Assembly: GCF_000012285.1 (NCBI RefSeq)
Contig: NC_007181.1
Location: 510,001-542,000 of the forward strand
Direction: 5' to 3'
DNA from: Sulfolobus acidocaldarius DSM 639
GTDB lineage: Archaea > Thermoproteota > Thermoprotei_A > Sulfolobales > Sulfolobaceae
DNA: 32,000 bases
The translations under genes were made by a program, and so were the position numbers. Under the pieces are notes generated by a model that had not been told where the DNA came from, made no database searches, and was given only the letters and a program-made list of their open reading frames with translations. Positions within the stretch are counted from its first letter, which is position 1; every line of letters starts with the position of its first letter. Positions 11,073 to 21,779 of the stretch are shown piece by piece.

Positions 11073-11575
11073 TATTTAAATTTCTCAAGGCTCCTTATGA
11101 AGCTAATGATGAAGAGATGCGATATATATACGATGTTTTGTCATATCAGTTTTCCCCTTCTTTATCTGATTGTATATTTATTAAGCACAATAAGTTTTTA
11201 ATTCAAAGATCTATAAATACGGACAAGATAAGAGATATTCTTACTCTTGATAGAAAACTCTTTTTAGTATTAAGAGCACAAGATAATCTTTTCTCAATCA
11301 CTGAGGCAAGTGGTAATGATATAAAAGAATGTTCAAAACCACCAAGCTTTAGAGTGATGATACAAAAAGAAATCTCTGAATTCATATTACAGGGTAAAAA
11401 CGTATTTTGTAAATTTGTAGTAGATGCAGACCCAATGATAAGGTACGGGGATGAAGTTTTGGTTGTGGATGAAGATGATAGATTATTAGCAATTGGTAGA
11501 GCTAAAGTATCAGGAGAAGAAATAAAACAATATAAAAAGGGTCTAGCTGTAATTGTAAAGAGGGTGGTAAAATAA
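11069..11575 (+). CDS. PUA-domain protein (stand-alone counterpart of the ArcTGT C-terminal domains)
   Basis: C-terminal PUA pattern [44 protein letters not shown]...[13 protein letters not shown] overlap with the pan stop. Confidence 0.7.
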   Translation: MIFKFLKAPYEANDEEMRYIYDVLSYQFSPSLSDCIFIKHNKFLIQRSINTDKIRDILTLDRKLFLVLRAQDNLFSITEASGNDIKECSKPPSFRVMIQKEISEFILQGKNVFCKFVVDADPMIRYGDEVLVVDEDDRLLAIGRAKVSGEEIKQYKKGLAVIVKRVVK

Positions 11576-12297
11576 TGGATATAAAGATAACCTTGAAGGG
11601 AGTAAATGAGAGTGAGCTGCAAAATGCTAAGTTCATAACTGGATTTCGAACAATAGGAGAGGTAGGGTATATAGCTACTAGATATATTGCTCTAAAAATG
11701 AAGATGAAGAGAATTGGCTTTATAACGACAAAATATCTTAGAGATGTAACTTTCCTTGACGAGTACGGTATTGCAACACCTTTTGAATTATTTTATGATA
11801 ATGATAACAAAATTCTAGTTTTATTAAATCATCTTTTACCGCTACCTCGAGAAGCAAATATGTTTTCTGAAAAAATAATTAAATGGTTAAAGAGAATAAA
11901 TATTAGTAATGCCTTCTACATAGGAGGATTAGATAAAAGATATAGAACTAATAACGAGAAATTGAGATGGATAAAAACTTCTAACAGTACTATAAATCTA
12001 AATTTTCCACTCATGGAGAAACAACTACTGATGATAGGACCACTTGCTCTATTCACGATATACTCCGAAATAGAGGACTTACCTGCAACTGTACTACTAC
12101 CATATGCTGATAGGGACAGAATAGATCCTGGAGCAGCAGCTACAGTCGTTGAAGAATTAGCTAAGATAATAGGCGTAAACATAGATGTAACAGAATTGTA
12201 TGAGGATGCTAAGAAAATAGAGGAAGAATTACAAAAACAATTAGAGCTTATTCAAAAGGAGATTAACAGGGGCGCCTCTGATAGAGTCTACATGTAG
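11575..12297 (+). CDS. PAC2-family (proteasome assembly chaperone-like) protein
   Basis: The N-terminal pattern [20 protein letters not shown]..., a size of about 240 aa with an acidic coiled C-terminus, and the position immediately after pan all fit the archaeal PAC2/PbaB-like family. The family call is from pattern recognition. TAATG overlap with the upstream gene. Confidence 0.55.
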   Translation: MDIKITLKGVNESELQNAKFITGFRTIGEVGYIATRYIALKMKMKRIGFITTKYLRDVTFLDEYGIATPFELFYDNDNKILVLLNHLLPLPREANMFSEKIIKWLKRINISNAFYIGGLDKRYRTNNEKLRWIKTSNSTINLNFPLMEKQLLMIGPLALFTIYSEIEDLPATVLLPYADRDRIDPGAAATVVEELAKIIGVNIDVTELYEDAKKIEEELQKQLELIQKEINRGASDRVYM

Positions 12298-13737
12298 AAT
12301 TTTTTCACATCCAATTATACTAACTGTTTCATATGATCTTTGTGATAAAAACTCCTTCAGTTTATTCTTAAGATCATAAATTACATCCTTGTCTATAGTC
12401 GAGGGCATTTCTGATTGGAAATATGGATATGTGAAAAAGACATTATAAGGCACACATCCATAAAATGGTAGAACAATATAAACATCTGCATTTTTCATAT
12501 CTTCAGTATTTTTTAAGGGGTTATCTTTACTATCACTGCAATATAGAACAAGGGCTTTGCTTCTTTGTTTAATCTTACTTAGTGTATATGCATGTCTAAT
12601 TACTTCTGGTCTATGCAGAGAGGAGTTGTCAAATAAAAACACTCCTTTAACTTCTCCCTTTACCCTCGGATCATACTTTTCAAGATATTTCGAATAGTTT
12701 AGAATTCTTCTAAATGCCTCAAAGGTTGATGGATGCGAATATGCTTTCTGTTGTATATATTCAAATAATCGTCCTTCTTTTAGGCTTTGTTTTATATAAT
12801 TTATTTCTTCCTTTATAACATAAAGGTTGTGTAATGCTATTAAACGTACTTTTTGCTCCTCTGGCATTTCCATTACATCTTTTGGACTGTATCTAGAGCA
12901 TATAGGGCATGAGCAAGGGAAATAATCAAGCTCTTCAAGCCTGTAAACACGTTCTCTTGTCATATACCTATGATCCCTGGCATAGAGTATGTAAGACGCT
13001 GAATCAAATGTATCTACACCCAATGCTACAGCAAAAGCGAATATATGTGGATGACCTCCCCCAAATAAATGGAACGGTTTTCCTCTACTAACATTACTTT
13101 TTGATTTATAAATCATATCTATAAGCGGAGCATATTCGTATCTCTGCATCAAAACAGTTGGACTACCTAAAGCCAACATTTTATAGTCTTGGTTCATATC
13201 AGCAATTCTAGCAGAATATTCTATGAGATCTAAATACATACCACCTTGTATAGGATGAACCCATATTATTTCGTCTTTAGATAACTCAACAAATTTAGAG
13301 GCTTCTTTAGCTCTACTTATAGTACTTTCGACGCTTTTCTCAGCTTCCTTTTTATCCTCCGTGAGACCTGTCGGTATATCTAATATAACTGCTATGTCTG
13401 GCTTTAGTTTGGTCTCATAATTTACTATATCTACATTACTGACATCAATATCTCCATACTGTAAGATCTGGTATGCACCTGAATCCGTCATAAGTATCTT
13501 GTTATAATTAAGGATGGAATGAAGGTCTTCCTCTTTGCCTATATACTTTTTGATTAAAAATGCATTAGTAATTATACTTTCAAAGCCTACAGATAAGATA
13601 TCCTGAATGGTTATTTCGTTCTTTACTGGATTTATAACAGGAAAAAATGCTGGTGTTTCTAGTTTTCCGTGCTTTGTCTCTAAGATTCCTATTCTTCCTG
13701 CAAGATCTTCATCTTTAATTTCGAAATCTCCTATCAT
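12241..13737 (-). CDS. tgtA: tRNA-guanine(15) transglycosylase (archaeosine TGT catalytic polypeptide, no PUA domain)
   Basis: [32 protein letters not shown], and the Zn site CSCPICSRY...H. I start at the internal ATG 13737 (MIGDFEIKD...), which lies 1 nt after the SmAP3 stop. The 16-codon track extension would overlap SmAP3. Confidence 0.9.
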   Translation of the reverse strand: MIGDFEIKDEDLAGRIGILETKHGKLETPAFFPVINPVKNEITIQDILSVGFESIITNAFLIKKYIGKEEDLHSILNYNKILMTDSGAYQILQYGDIDVSNVDIVNYETKLKPDIAVILDIPTGLTEDKKEAEKSVESTISRAKEASKFVELSKDEIIWVHPIQGGMYLDLIEYSARIADMNQDYKMLALGSPTVLMQRYEYAPLIDMIYKSKSNVSRGKPFHLFGGGHPHIFAFAVALGVDTFDSASYILYARDHRYMTRERVYRLEELDYFPCSCPICSRYSPKDVMEMPEEQKVRLIALHNLYVIKEEINYIKQSLKEGRLFEYIQQKAYSHPSTFEAFRRILNYSKYLEKYDPRVKGEVKGVFLFDNSSLHRPEVIRHAYTLSKIKQRSKALVLYCSDSKDNPLKNTEDMKNADVYIVLPFYGCVPYNVFFTYPYFQSEMPSTIDKDVIYDLKNKLKEFLSQRSYETVSIIGCEKILHVDSIRGAPVNLLLNKL

Positions 13738-13738
13738 T

Positions 13739-14173
13739 TCATGATCCTTTTTTCTTTTTATCAATATAGGAGTTAAATATATCATAAACCTTCTGAGCTA
13801 ATGGACCACTACCTTCAACACCATTTTCAGTAACCTTAACCCTATCTAATATTGTTACTACTCCAGCCTCTTCATAGACTTTGATGTCAGTGGTTCTTAA
13901 ATTGAGTTCTTTTGTAATTACATCTGCAAACTCTCTGGGATCAAATAGGGGTGCAGATTTAACTAGAATTTCAGTTATCATATTTCCATTAATTATTACC
14001 TTATAGTACATGTTATTGTCATTGTCTTTTGCATTGAGTAGAGATACCATGAATGGAGAGACCTCAAAAGAGCTTAAAACTCCTGAATATACTTTGTTAT
14101 TGTTTAGCTTGACTATGATAGTCTTATCCAGTAAGGATCCTAGATCCCCCGAAATTCTTCTACTTACACTCAT
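13739..14173 (-). CDS. Sm-like archaeal protein, long form (SmAP3-type: Sm domain plus C-terminal domain)
   Basis: Sm1/Sm2-like [35 protein letters not shown]...[12 protein letters not shown] start at ATG 14173 ([10 protein letters not shown]...). The 76-codon track extension overlaps the divergent rpo8 gene and looks non-coding. Confidence 0.75.
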   Translation of the reverse strand: MSVSRRISGDLGSLLDKTIIVKLNNNKVYSGVLSSFEVSPFMVSLLNAKDNDNNMYYKVIINGNMITEILVKSAPLFDPREFADVITKELNLRTTDIKVYEEAGVVTILDRVKVTENGVEGSGPLAQKVYDIFNSYIDKKKKGS

Positions 14174-14252
14174 ACATATTATGATATGACTAACATGGTT
14201 AATAATATTATTCAGTGGATGTGGTATTTTATGATAGAGAGTTGTGAAGGAA

Positions 14253-14618
14253 ATGATGCAGGGAACCTGTAAAATATCTTCCATTGAAAAGGGTGCATTA
14301 AAGAATTTATATGTAGTTAAGATGGATTGTGATAATGACCTGAAGATAGAGTTTGATATAACAAAAGAACTTAGTATATTTTCTAAGGATGAAGAGGTCA
14401 CATTTATAATATCACGTGAAAAGCCTGAATATAGCGAAAAAGATTTCTGTGCTCACGGCTACCTATTCCTTGAGAGGCAACAAGAAGATGGAAGTTTCAT
14501 AGATGAAATCTCCCTGTATGGTTTGATTGTTAAAATTTTAAGCAAAAATGGATTAATTAACAGTAAGTTATTTAAAATGATGGATCACGTATATTATTGC
14601 GTAAAGAAAAAGGCTTAA
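14253..14618 (+). CDS. rpo8: RNA polymerase subunit Rpo8 (RpoG), crenarchaeal
   Basis: [21 protein letters not shown]...FCAHGYLF...[10 protein letters not shown]...[11 protein letters not shown] closely parallels my recollection of Sulfolobus RpoG/Rpo8. The ATG-ATG at 14253 sits about 25 nt downstream of TATA-like TATTTTATG (14225-14233), so the GTG at 14244 is less likely. Confidence 0.8.
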   Translation: MMQGTCKISSIEKGALKNLYVVKMDCDNDLKIEFDITKELSIFSKDEEVTFIISREKPEYSEKDFCAHGYLFLERQQEDGSFIDEISLYGLIVKILSKNGLINSKLFKMMDHVYYCVKKKA

Positions 14619-15202
14619 ATTTTTATGAAATCTTCATAGATATTGTTTTTGTTTATGATTAATATATCTATACCGTCACCAGACATTACATCTCTTTCGA
14701 CTGCTGACTTCATAGATTTTATAGCTAATTCTTTTGCAGCTTCAGAAGTAAGCGATTCATTGTATTCGGCTTCAAGTACACCTATAGCTACACGTGCTCC
14801 AGAACCTACAGCAGCATAGGAATCTTCTATTAATGAGCCAATTGGATCAAGTATGAATAGTTTTGGACCGTCCTCATCAACACCTCCAAACAATAACTCT
14901 GATATATATGGAAGAACTTTATTTTGGTATAGTATTACTGAAAGTAGTTTAGCTGCAGCTCTTGCGGATATTTTTCTGGAATTATACATCTCATAATACT
15001 TTATTTCAACATTCATTATCCTAGTCAAAGTTTGAATATCTCCTACTATTCCTGCACCTGCGATTCCAAATCTCCCAAGCTTAAATACTTTTCTTGCTGA
15101 TTTGCTTAAAACAAAATCCCCATAACTCAATCTTCTCTCTGCTGCTAATACCACACCATCCTTGGTCTTTATTCCTATAGCAGTAGCGGGTAATTCCTCC
15201 AA
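14615..15202 (-). CDS. psmB: proteasome subunit beta (short propeptide, then catalytic Thr)
   Basis: [24 protein letters not shown]... is an Ntn-hydrolase beta subunit pattern; [12 protein letters not shown] is also present. TTG start. Confidence 0.9.
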   Translation of the reverse strand: MEELPATAIGIKTKDGVVLAAERRLSYGDFVLSKSARKVFKLGRFGIAGAGIVGDIQTLTRIMNVEIKYYEMYNSRKISARAAAKLLSVILYQNKVLPYISELLFGGVDEDGPKLFILDPIGSLIEDSYAAVGSGARVAIGVLEAEYNESLTSEAAKELAIKSMKSAVERDVMSGDGIDILIINKNNIYEDFIKI

Positions 15203-15231
15203 ATTTGACCCCTATTAATTCAAACCTCGCA

Positions 15232-16518
15232 TTAACTTAAATTATTTATTAATACATCCTCTATTTTCTCTAACTTTACAGTTTTTTGCTCTCTTTTTTC
15301 AAGGAACTTAATGGTAATACTATTTTCTTCCAATTCCTTCTTACCTATCAATACAATCGCGTTATATCCTTCTTCCACATAATATGTCATTAATTTGGAA
15401 AGAGGTACGTCTTTCAAGTTTAAGACACCTATAATATTGTTTTTCCTCAGTATATTCAGTAACCTTATTGCTAAACTTAAGCTATCCTTTGTTGATATTA
15501 AAGGAATTACAGCAATCTTTTTCCTTTGTAGATCAGATTTAATTTTGTTTATAACTAATGCTGTCCTCTCTACACCTATAGCAAATCCAATTGCTGGAGT
15601 ATCAGCCCCACCATATAATCTCACTAGATTGTCATACCTTCCTCCTCCAGCTATACTAAAACTTACATCAGGGTGAATTACCTCAAATATTACTCCAGTA
15701 TAATAGGCTAGACCTCTCACAAAACCTAAATCTATTTTTATTTTAACTCCAAGATCTTCAAGCACTTCGCTTATAAACGAAAGCTTATTTATTTCTCCCT
15801 CCAAATTAAAGTTATATTTTGAAACCTCTCTTCTTAAACTTTCTAGTTTATCAGACTCTAGTTTATCAAATTTTAATGATATTAAGTATGTTATCAGATC
15901 TTTATAATTATTGTCAGTAAATTCTTTAAGCGCATCATCTACTTTTCCTTTATCTATAAGATGAAGTAGATGTTCCTGCTGTTCCTCAGTTATTCCAGCC
16001 TTATTGAATATTTCCCTATAAATTCCTATATTATTAATTTTTATTATGATTTTATCCTTAAGCCCTAATGAATCATATATTTCATTTAATAAGCTGATAA
16101 CCTCGATGTCTGCAAAAGATGATGATGAACCCAATAATTCAACTCCGGCTTGTCTAAATTCCCTGTAACGACCAAATTGCGGTTCATCATATCTGTATAC
16201 TTGACCCACATAAAATAGTCTCAATGGCTTGGGCAGATGCTGCATCGAGTTTAGATAAACTCTAACTATACTAGGAGTAATCTCAGGTCTTAAAGCGACT
16301 TCTCTATCTGCCTTATCTTTGAATACGTACATAGTTTTTCTTATTTCTTCTCCACTTTTGAGTGAAAACAATTTAAAATCCTCAACAATAGGTGTATATA
16401 CTTCCTGATATCCTGAGTTTAGCACTACAGTCCTGAACGTCTCTTCAATAAACTTTATTTTATTTAACTCTTCGCCGTAGTAATCTTTCATACCTCTAAT
16501 TGGTTCAAATTCGCTCAA
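15232..16518 (-). CDS. hisS: histidyl-tRNA synthetase
   Basis: Class II HisRS motifs: RGMKDY, ALRPEITPS, RLFYVGQVYRYDEPQFGRYREFRQ, AGGGRYDNL, GFAIGVER. TTG start. Confidence 0.93.
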   Translation of the reverse strand: MSEFEPIRGMKDYYGEELNKIKFIEETFRTVVLNSGYQEVYTPIVEDFKLFSLKSGEEIRKTMYVFKDKADREVALRPEITPSIVRVYLNSMQHLPKPLRLFYVGQVYRYDEPQFGRYREFRQAGVELLGSSSSFADIEVISLLNEIYDSLGLKDKIIIKINNIGIYREIFNKAGITEEQQEHLLHLIDKGKVDDALKEFTDNNYKDLITYLISLKFDKLESDKLESLRREVSKYNFNLEGEINKLSFISEVLEDLGVKIKIDLGFVRGLAYYTGVIFEVIHPDVSFSIAGGGRYDNLVRLYGGADTPAIGFAIGVERTALVINKIKSDLQRKKIAVIPLISTKDSLSLAIRLLNILRKNNIIGVLNLKDVPLSKLMTYYVEEGYNAIVLIGKKELEENSITIKFLEKREQKTVKLEKIEDVLINNLS

Positions 16519-16524
16519 TCTAGT

Positions 16525-16800
16525 TCATTTTTTATTTAGCCTTACTTCGGATAAAAAATAATATGTTACATCACCATATTTATCCACAACAGCTATAACA
16601 CTGTTTTTATTAATTTTTGATGAAAAGCTTAGAAATCTTTCTAGCTCTTTAGCGTTTATTTTATTGTTCTCGTTAAGAACCATTACCACGTATTCGTTAT
16701 CTTTAATAAGAATATAGTTATTTAATTCTACAGGTTTTTTGCCTCTACTCTTAAGGTCAGATATTACTATAAATTTGTCAATATTTGTACTTTCAGTCAT
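16525..16800 (-). CDS. small EndA-like protein (tRNA-splicing endonuclease C-terminal-domain fold); possibly the structural subunit
   Basis: SDLKSRGKKP...YVVMVLNENNKINAKELERFLSFSSKINKNSVIAVVDKYGDVTYYFLSEV parallels the EndA catalytic-domain pattern (DLKERG...YLV...L...R.A....K...IAIVD..GD..YY). The protein is only 91 aa and has no clear Tyr/His/Lys triad. Its stop lies 6 nt before the hisS start. Confidence 0.4.
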   Translation of the reverse strand: MTESTNIDKFIVISDLKSRGKKPVELNNYILIKDNEYVVMVLNENNKINAKELERFLSFSSKINKNSVIAVVDKYGDVTYYFLSEVRLNKK

Positions 16801-16833
16801 CTATCTCTGAGTATCTACATTTGTCAAACAACG

Positions 16834-16846
16834 TAAAAATATTTTT
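16834..16846 (+). promoter_or_regulatory. TATA-like box for tfb3 (leaderless spacing)
   Basis: TAAAAATATTTTT is centred about 25 nt upstream of ATG 16865. Confidence 0.5.
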
Positions 16847-16864
16847 CAGGAGATTTTTTGTTCT

Positions 16865-17452
16865 ATGGAATGTCCCGAGTGTAAAAGTAGAGAAATAGTA
16901 TGGGATTACAAGTGCGGAAATTTAGTTTGTAGTAATTGCGGATTAGTTTTAGATAAGATCTACGATGATCATAACTATATCGATAATGAAATTATGATAA
17001 AAATACAATCCACTTTTACTAACGTCACAATTTTAACTTATAAAGATAAAATTGAGAAAATTGATAAAATAATAAAATTTAATAGTAAACTATCAAAAAA
17101 ACAACTTCCTAAAAGTAGAAAATTATTAAATTATAATAACGCAATAATTAGATCCTCTAGTGCTACAATTATAAAATACTTGGATTTTAATGAAAAGCTA
17201 TTACTTGTATATGACATTATTGATACTATTCCAATTTTGAATAATATTTCAATTAAATACAAAGTTGCATTAGCCATGTATTTCTACGATAAGAAAACTT
17301 TTAACAAAATTATGAATAATTTAGAGATAAGCAACAAGTATTTTAACAAGATACTAAGAAGACTTAACAGTAAGGAAAAGATGATAATAATGGAAAAAGT
17401 CATTAATCTACTAGAACAAAGAGTACCTAGCCAAACGTTAAAAACGATGTAA
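16865..17452 (+). CDS. tfb3: truncated TFB paralogue (TFB3-type: Zn ribbon without cyclin-fold core)
   Basis: A TFIIB-type ribbon, CPECKSREIVWDYKCGNLVCSNCGLVLD, is followed by about 160 aa of Lys/Asn/Ile-rich sequence. That is too short for the two cyclin repeats of a full TFB. The position next to the thermosome beta gene matches the Sulfolobus tfb3 locus as I recall it. Confidence 0.75.
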   Translation: MECPECKSREIVWDYKCGNLVCSNCGLVLDKIYDDHNYIDNEIMIKIQSTFTNVTILTYKDKIEKIDKIIKFNSKLSKKQLPKSRKLLNYNNAIIRSSSATIIKYLDFNEKLLLVYDIIDTIPILNNISIKYKVALAMYFYDKKTFNKIMNNLEISNKYFNKILRRLNSKEKMIIMEKVINLLEQRVPSQTLKTM

Positions 17453-17521
17453 AAATGATTTTTATAGATGGAAAAATTTTTATATAACCTCTTCTTATGA
17501 GACCACAGACGGGTGAAACAT

Positions 17522-19179
<1,658 letters not shown>

Positions 19180-19183
<4 letters not shown>

Positions 19184-20820
19184 GTAACTTTTTTTACCTT
19201 TATTATACTGTGCGATCTAATATTAGGAGAAACTAGAATAGCTTCTCCTACATCAAGTTTATCCAAGAGTTGTAGTTGATCCTTATCTAAACTTAATGAG
19301 TCTGATATGATACGTTTATCTATATTAGACTTAATTGTGTGAATTATTTTAATATTAGTGTTCTTTATTACTTCTTCATCTATACTAGAAGGAGACTGCG
19401 TTATTATGCAAAGACTTACATTATACTTTCTTATCTCCTGCAACGCTCTCTTTAGCATCTCATTCTTATTGTTAAAGTAATTATGGGCTTCCTCTATTAC
19501 TAATAATATTTTCCTATCTGAATTATTTGATCTCTCATAAAACGTAAACAGAAATTTCATCATAAATAATGAATACAATCTTCTAAGTTTCAGATTATAT
19601 ATGAAGCTTAAATCTATTATATTACCTCCTGATAGCTTCTCTCCTATATCATAATAAGTATAACCTGTATCAAGTGAAAATAGCTTTCTTGCGAGTGGAG
19701 TAGTTAAAAGATATAGCTTTCTACCTAATGCAAATTTTATATCTCTTATCATGTAAGAGTCGGTTTGTATACTTTCTAAAATTATCTTTAGAGTATCTGT
19801 ATCTAACTTCCTGTATCTTTTCAGTTGTTCTATTACTAAATATAATATAAACGATTGAGGTTCAGTTAACTCTAAGGTATCCTTAAATATATCAATAATA
19901 TCTTCAGTATCTTGCTCATCTAAAGGTATGGGATTCAGTGTTAAAATATTTCTTCTAGAATAAACCTTAAACTCTGGTAATATATGCTTGTATTCGCCAT
20001 GCCAATCTAAAATTACTACATCAAAACCCTTTTTTAATAACTCTTTGCTAATAAGAGCTGCACTATTTGTCTTACCACTACCAGTTGACCCAAAGATACT
20101 TATATGTCTAAGAACGTCTTTAGAATTAAAGCCTGTTTGTATTCCATAATTATTTATAACTTCCCCTAATTCTATGTCATGATTTTGTAATAATATTTCC
20201 GAATCAGGTATAGTGTATCTTTTCTCAAATACATAACCGTTATAAATCAACGCTCCAGTGACTTTCATGAGTGGAACAAACATATTCAGATTAACTTGAG
20301 AAATTTCAAGTGATATATGTGGTGCAACACTTTCTAACATGTTCTTTAAAGTATTCACTTCTTTGATGAAGTCCTCATCTTTATACGAACTATCGACCTC
20401 TGTATAAAAAGCAATACCGCTACCAGGGAGTGGATCAAAAGACGTAAGTATAACTATCTTTAACCTTCTATCCTTATGTCTACTTATTGTTTCAACTAAC
20501 TGTTTTAACTCTTCAGAGTAGTCTAACTGTTGATCGTTTACATTCTTCTTACCTACTAACTTAAATCCTATATATGCAATGGTTTTTCCATTTATGTTTA
20601 TTTTATTTATTGAATTTTTAATCTCAAAATTTAAAATTATATTTTTAGTTTTAGTAAATAACTTATATTTACTAAAAAGAAATAAGACTAGAATAAATAG
20701 AATAAGGAATGCAGAGATTAAAACGAGAAATAATCTAGAGAATGTTATAATATTCAATGAGTTTAACAGAACGAAAATACCTGCAAATAGCAAAATTACA
20801 GCAGGTAGTCTATTTTTCAT
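19180..20820 (-). CDS. membrane-anchored HerA/VirB4-class (DUF87-like) P-loop ATPase
   Basis: Two N-terminal TM helices (LPAVILLFAGIFVLLNSLNII; LFLVLISAFLILFILVLFLF), about 170 aa of unassigned sequence, Walker A IFGSTGSGKTNSA, Walker B KILLVIEEAHNYF, and the HerA-like ITQSPSSID. Confidence 0.75.
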
Positions 20821-20840
20821 GCTAAAGAGTAACTACTTAT

Positions 20841-21239
20841 TTATGAGAGCCACTCTAATGAATGTATAGCATTCTCCGAAAGTAGCTCCCTTAATTTTTT
20901 GTTTAAATTAAAGCTTTTATTTACATGACCTTTTTCCGTGTTGCAGCAAATTATTTGGTACATGGTTCCCGATGGTTTCTCTTTCATAATGTTAAGTGCC
21001 TTTGAAATATTATCTGTACCTAGTAATAAAAGTAAAAACAATACAGTCCTAGATTTTATTCTAATATTTTTATACTGAATTAAATATTTATATAATTCGC
21101 ATGCATGAGAAATAAATGCTTCATCTGGTAATTCGCGTAAAACTTGTGAAACACACCTTTCATCTACATATATGAATTTCTTCAAATCAGATTGATCTTT
21201 CATATCTATACTAATTATTTTATACGTCTTAGCCACCAT
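20841..21239 (-). CDS. hypothetical protein, possibly Cgi121-like (KEOPS accessory subunit fold)
   Basis: FISHACELYKYLIQYKNIRIKSRTVLFLLLLLGTDNISKALNIM...GTMYQIICC resembles the Cgi121 core pattern (H...A........K....E.L...SG...I..A......DG....I). This is a weak, memory-based call. The start ATG lies inside the His-Gly-Gly codons of the upstream gene. Confidence 0.3.
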   Translation of the reverse strand: MVAKTYKIISIDMKDQSDLKKFIYVDERCVSQVLRELPDEAFISHACELYKYLIQYKNIRIKSRTVLFLLLLLGTDNISKALNIMKEKPSGTMYQIICCNTEKGHVNKSFNLNKKLRELLSENAIHSLEWLS

Positions 21240-21483
21240 GATTTATTGGTAAAATATCTACTACGTCTCCGTCCTTTAACTTACCATTTAATAATCTATA
21301 GTCTATACCATTTATTAATAAAATATATCCAGATCTTATCTTATTACCATTAATTAATAGCTTTTCTTCCTTATCCAACTCTTTTAAGATATCTAATAAA
21401 TTATCAGCTTTCAGAGAAATAACAAATTCGTCTCTTCCTAACCTTGTCGCCAGAGGACCTTTTAGCCTTATCTTCACACTCAT
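21229..21483 (-). CDS. ubiquitin-like beta-grasp protein ending in Gly-Gly (Urm1/SAMP/MoaD class)
   Basis: 84 aa: MSVKIRLKGPLATRLG...LINGIDYRLL...LKDGDVVDILPINHGG-stop. The diglycine is the true C-terminus, so no processing is needed. The start lies 2 nt after the S17e stop. Confidence 0.75.
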   Translation of the reverse strand: MSVKIRLKGPLATRLGRDEFVISLKADNLLDILKELDKEEKLLINGNKIRSGYILLINGIDYRLLNGKLKDGDVVDILPINHGG

Positions 21484-21485
21484 TC

Positions 21486-21734
21486 TTATGTTTCACTCTC
21501 TAAATCTTCCTCTAATTCTTCACTTGCTTCTTGAGCTTCCACTTTATTCTTAGAAATTTTAACATATCGTGTTAGATATCCTGCTATTCTATTCTTAACT
21601 TTTTTAGAGCTTACATTCACATATTCATCTACTAGTTTTTTATTATCGTCATATTTGTCTGACGCTTGATCTTTAAATTTATCATAAAGCTCTCTTGCAA
21701 CTCTTTTTATATCTTTCGTGTATACATTACCCAT
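21486..21734 (-). CDS. rps17e: 30S ribosomal protein S17e
   Basis: [20 protein letters not shown]...NKKLVDEY...[15 protein letters not shown]. Start taken at ATG 21734, preceded by a GGTG motif. The track GTG at 21743 adds only 3 codons. Confidence 0.9.
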   Translation of the reverse strand: MGNVYTKDIKRVARELYDKFKDQASDKYDDNKKLVDEYVNVSSKKVKNRIAGYLTRYVKISKNKVEAQEASEELEEDLESET

Positions 21735-21779
21735 CGATAACACCTTATATATAATAGATAAATAAAAACAGCTAAAAAT

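Noticed and set aside
11203-11622. 139-aa ORF antisense to the PUA-protein gene.
   Set aside because: It is a Ser/Thr/Leu-rich junk-like sequence lying fully inside well-supported genes on the other strand, with no start context. It is a typical shadow ORF.
13739-14401. The 220-aa track ORF suggests a much longer Sm-like protein overlapping rpo8.
   Set aside because: The first 76 codons ([18 protein letters not shown]...) are low-complexity. They are antisense to the rpo8 start and span the divergent promoter. The Sm domain begins right after the internal ATG 14173, which has its own TATA-like box about 31 nt upstream.
17513-17521. GTG start for the thermosome (MKHMSATA...).
   Set aside because: ATG 17522 gives the conserved MSATATVATTPEG N-terminus and is preceded by a GGTGA Shine-Dalgarno-like motif that the GTG would sit inside.
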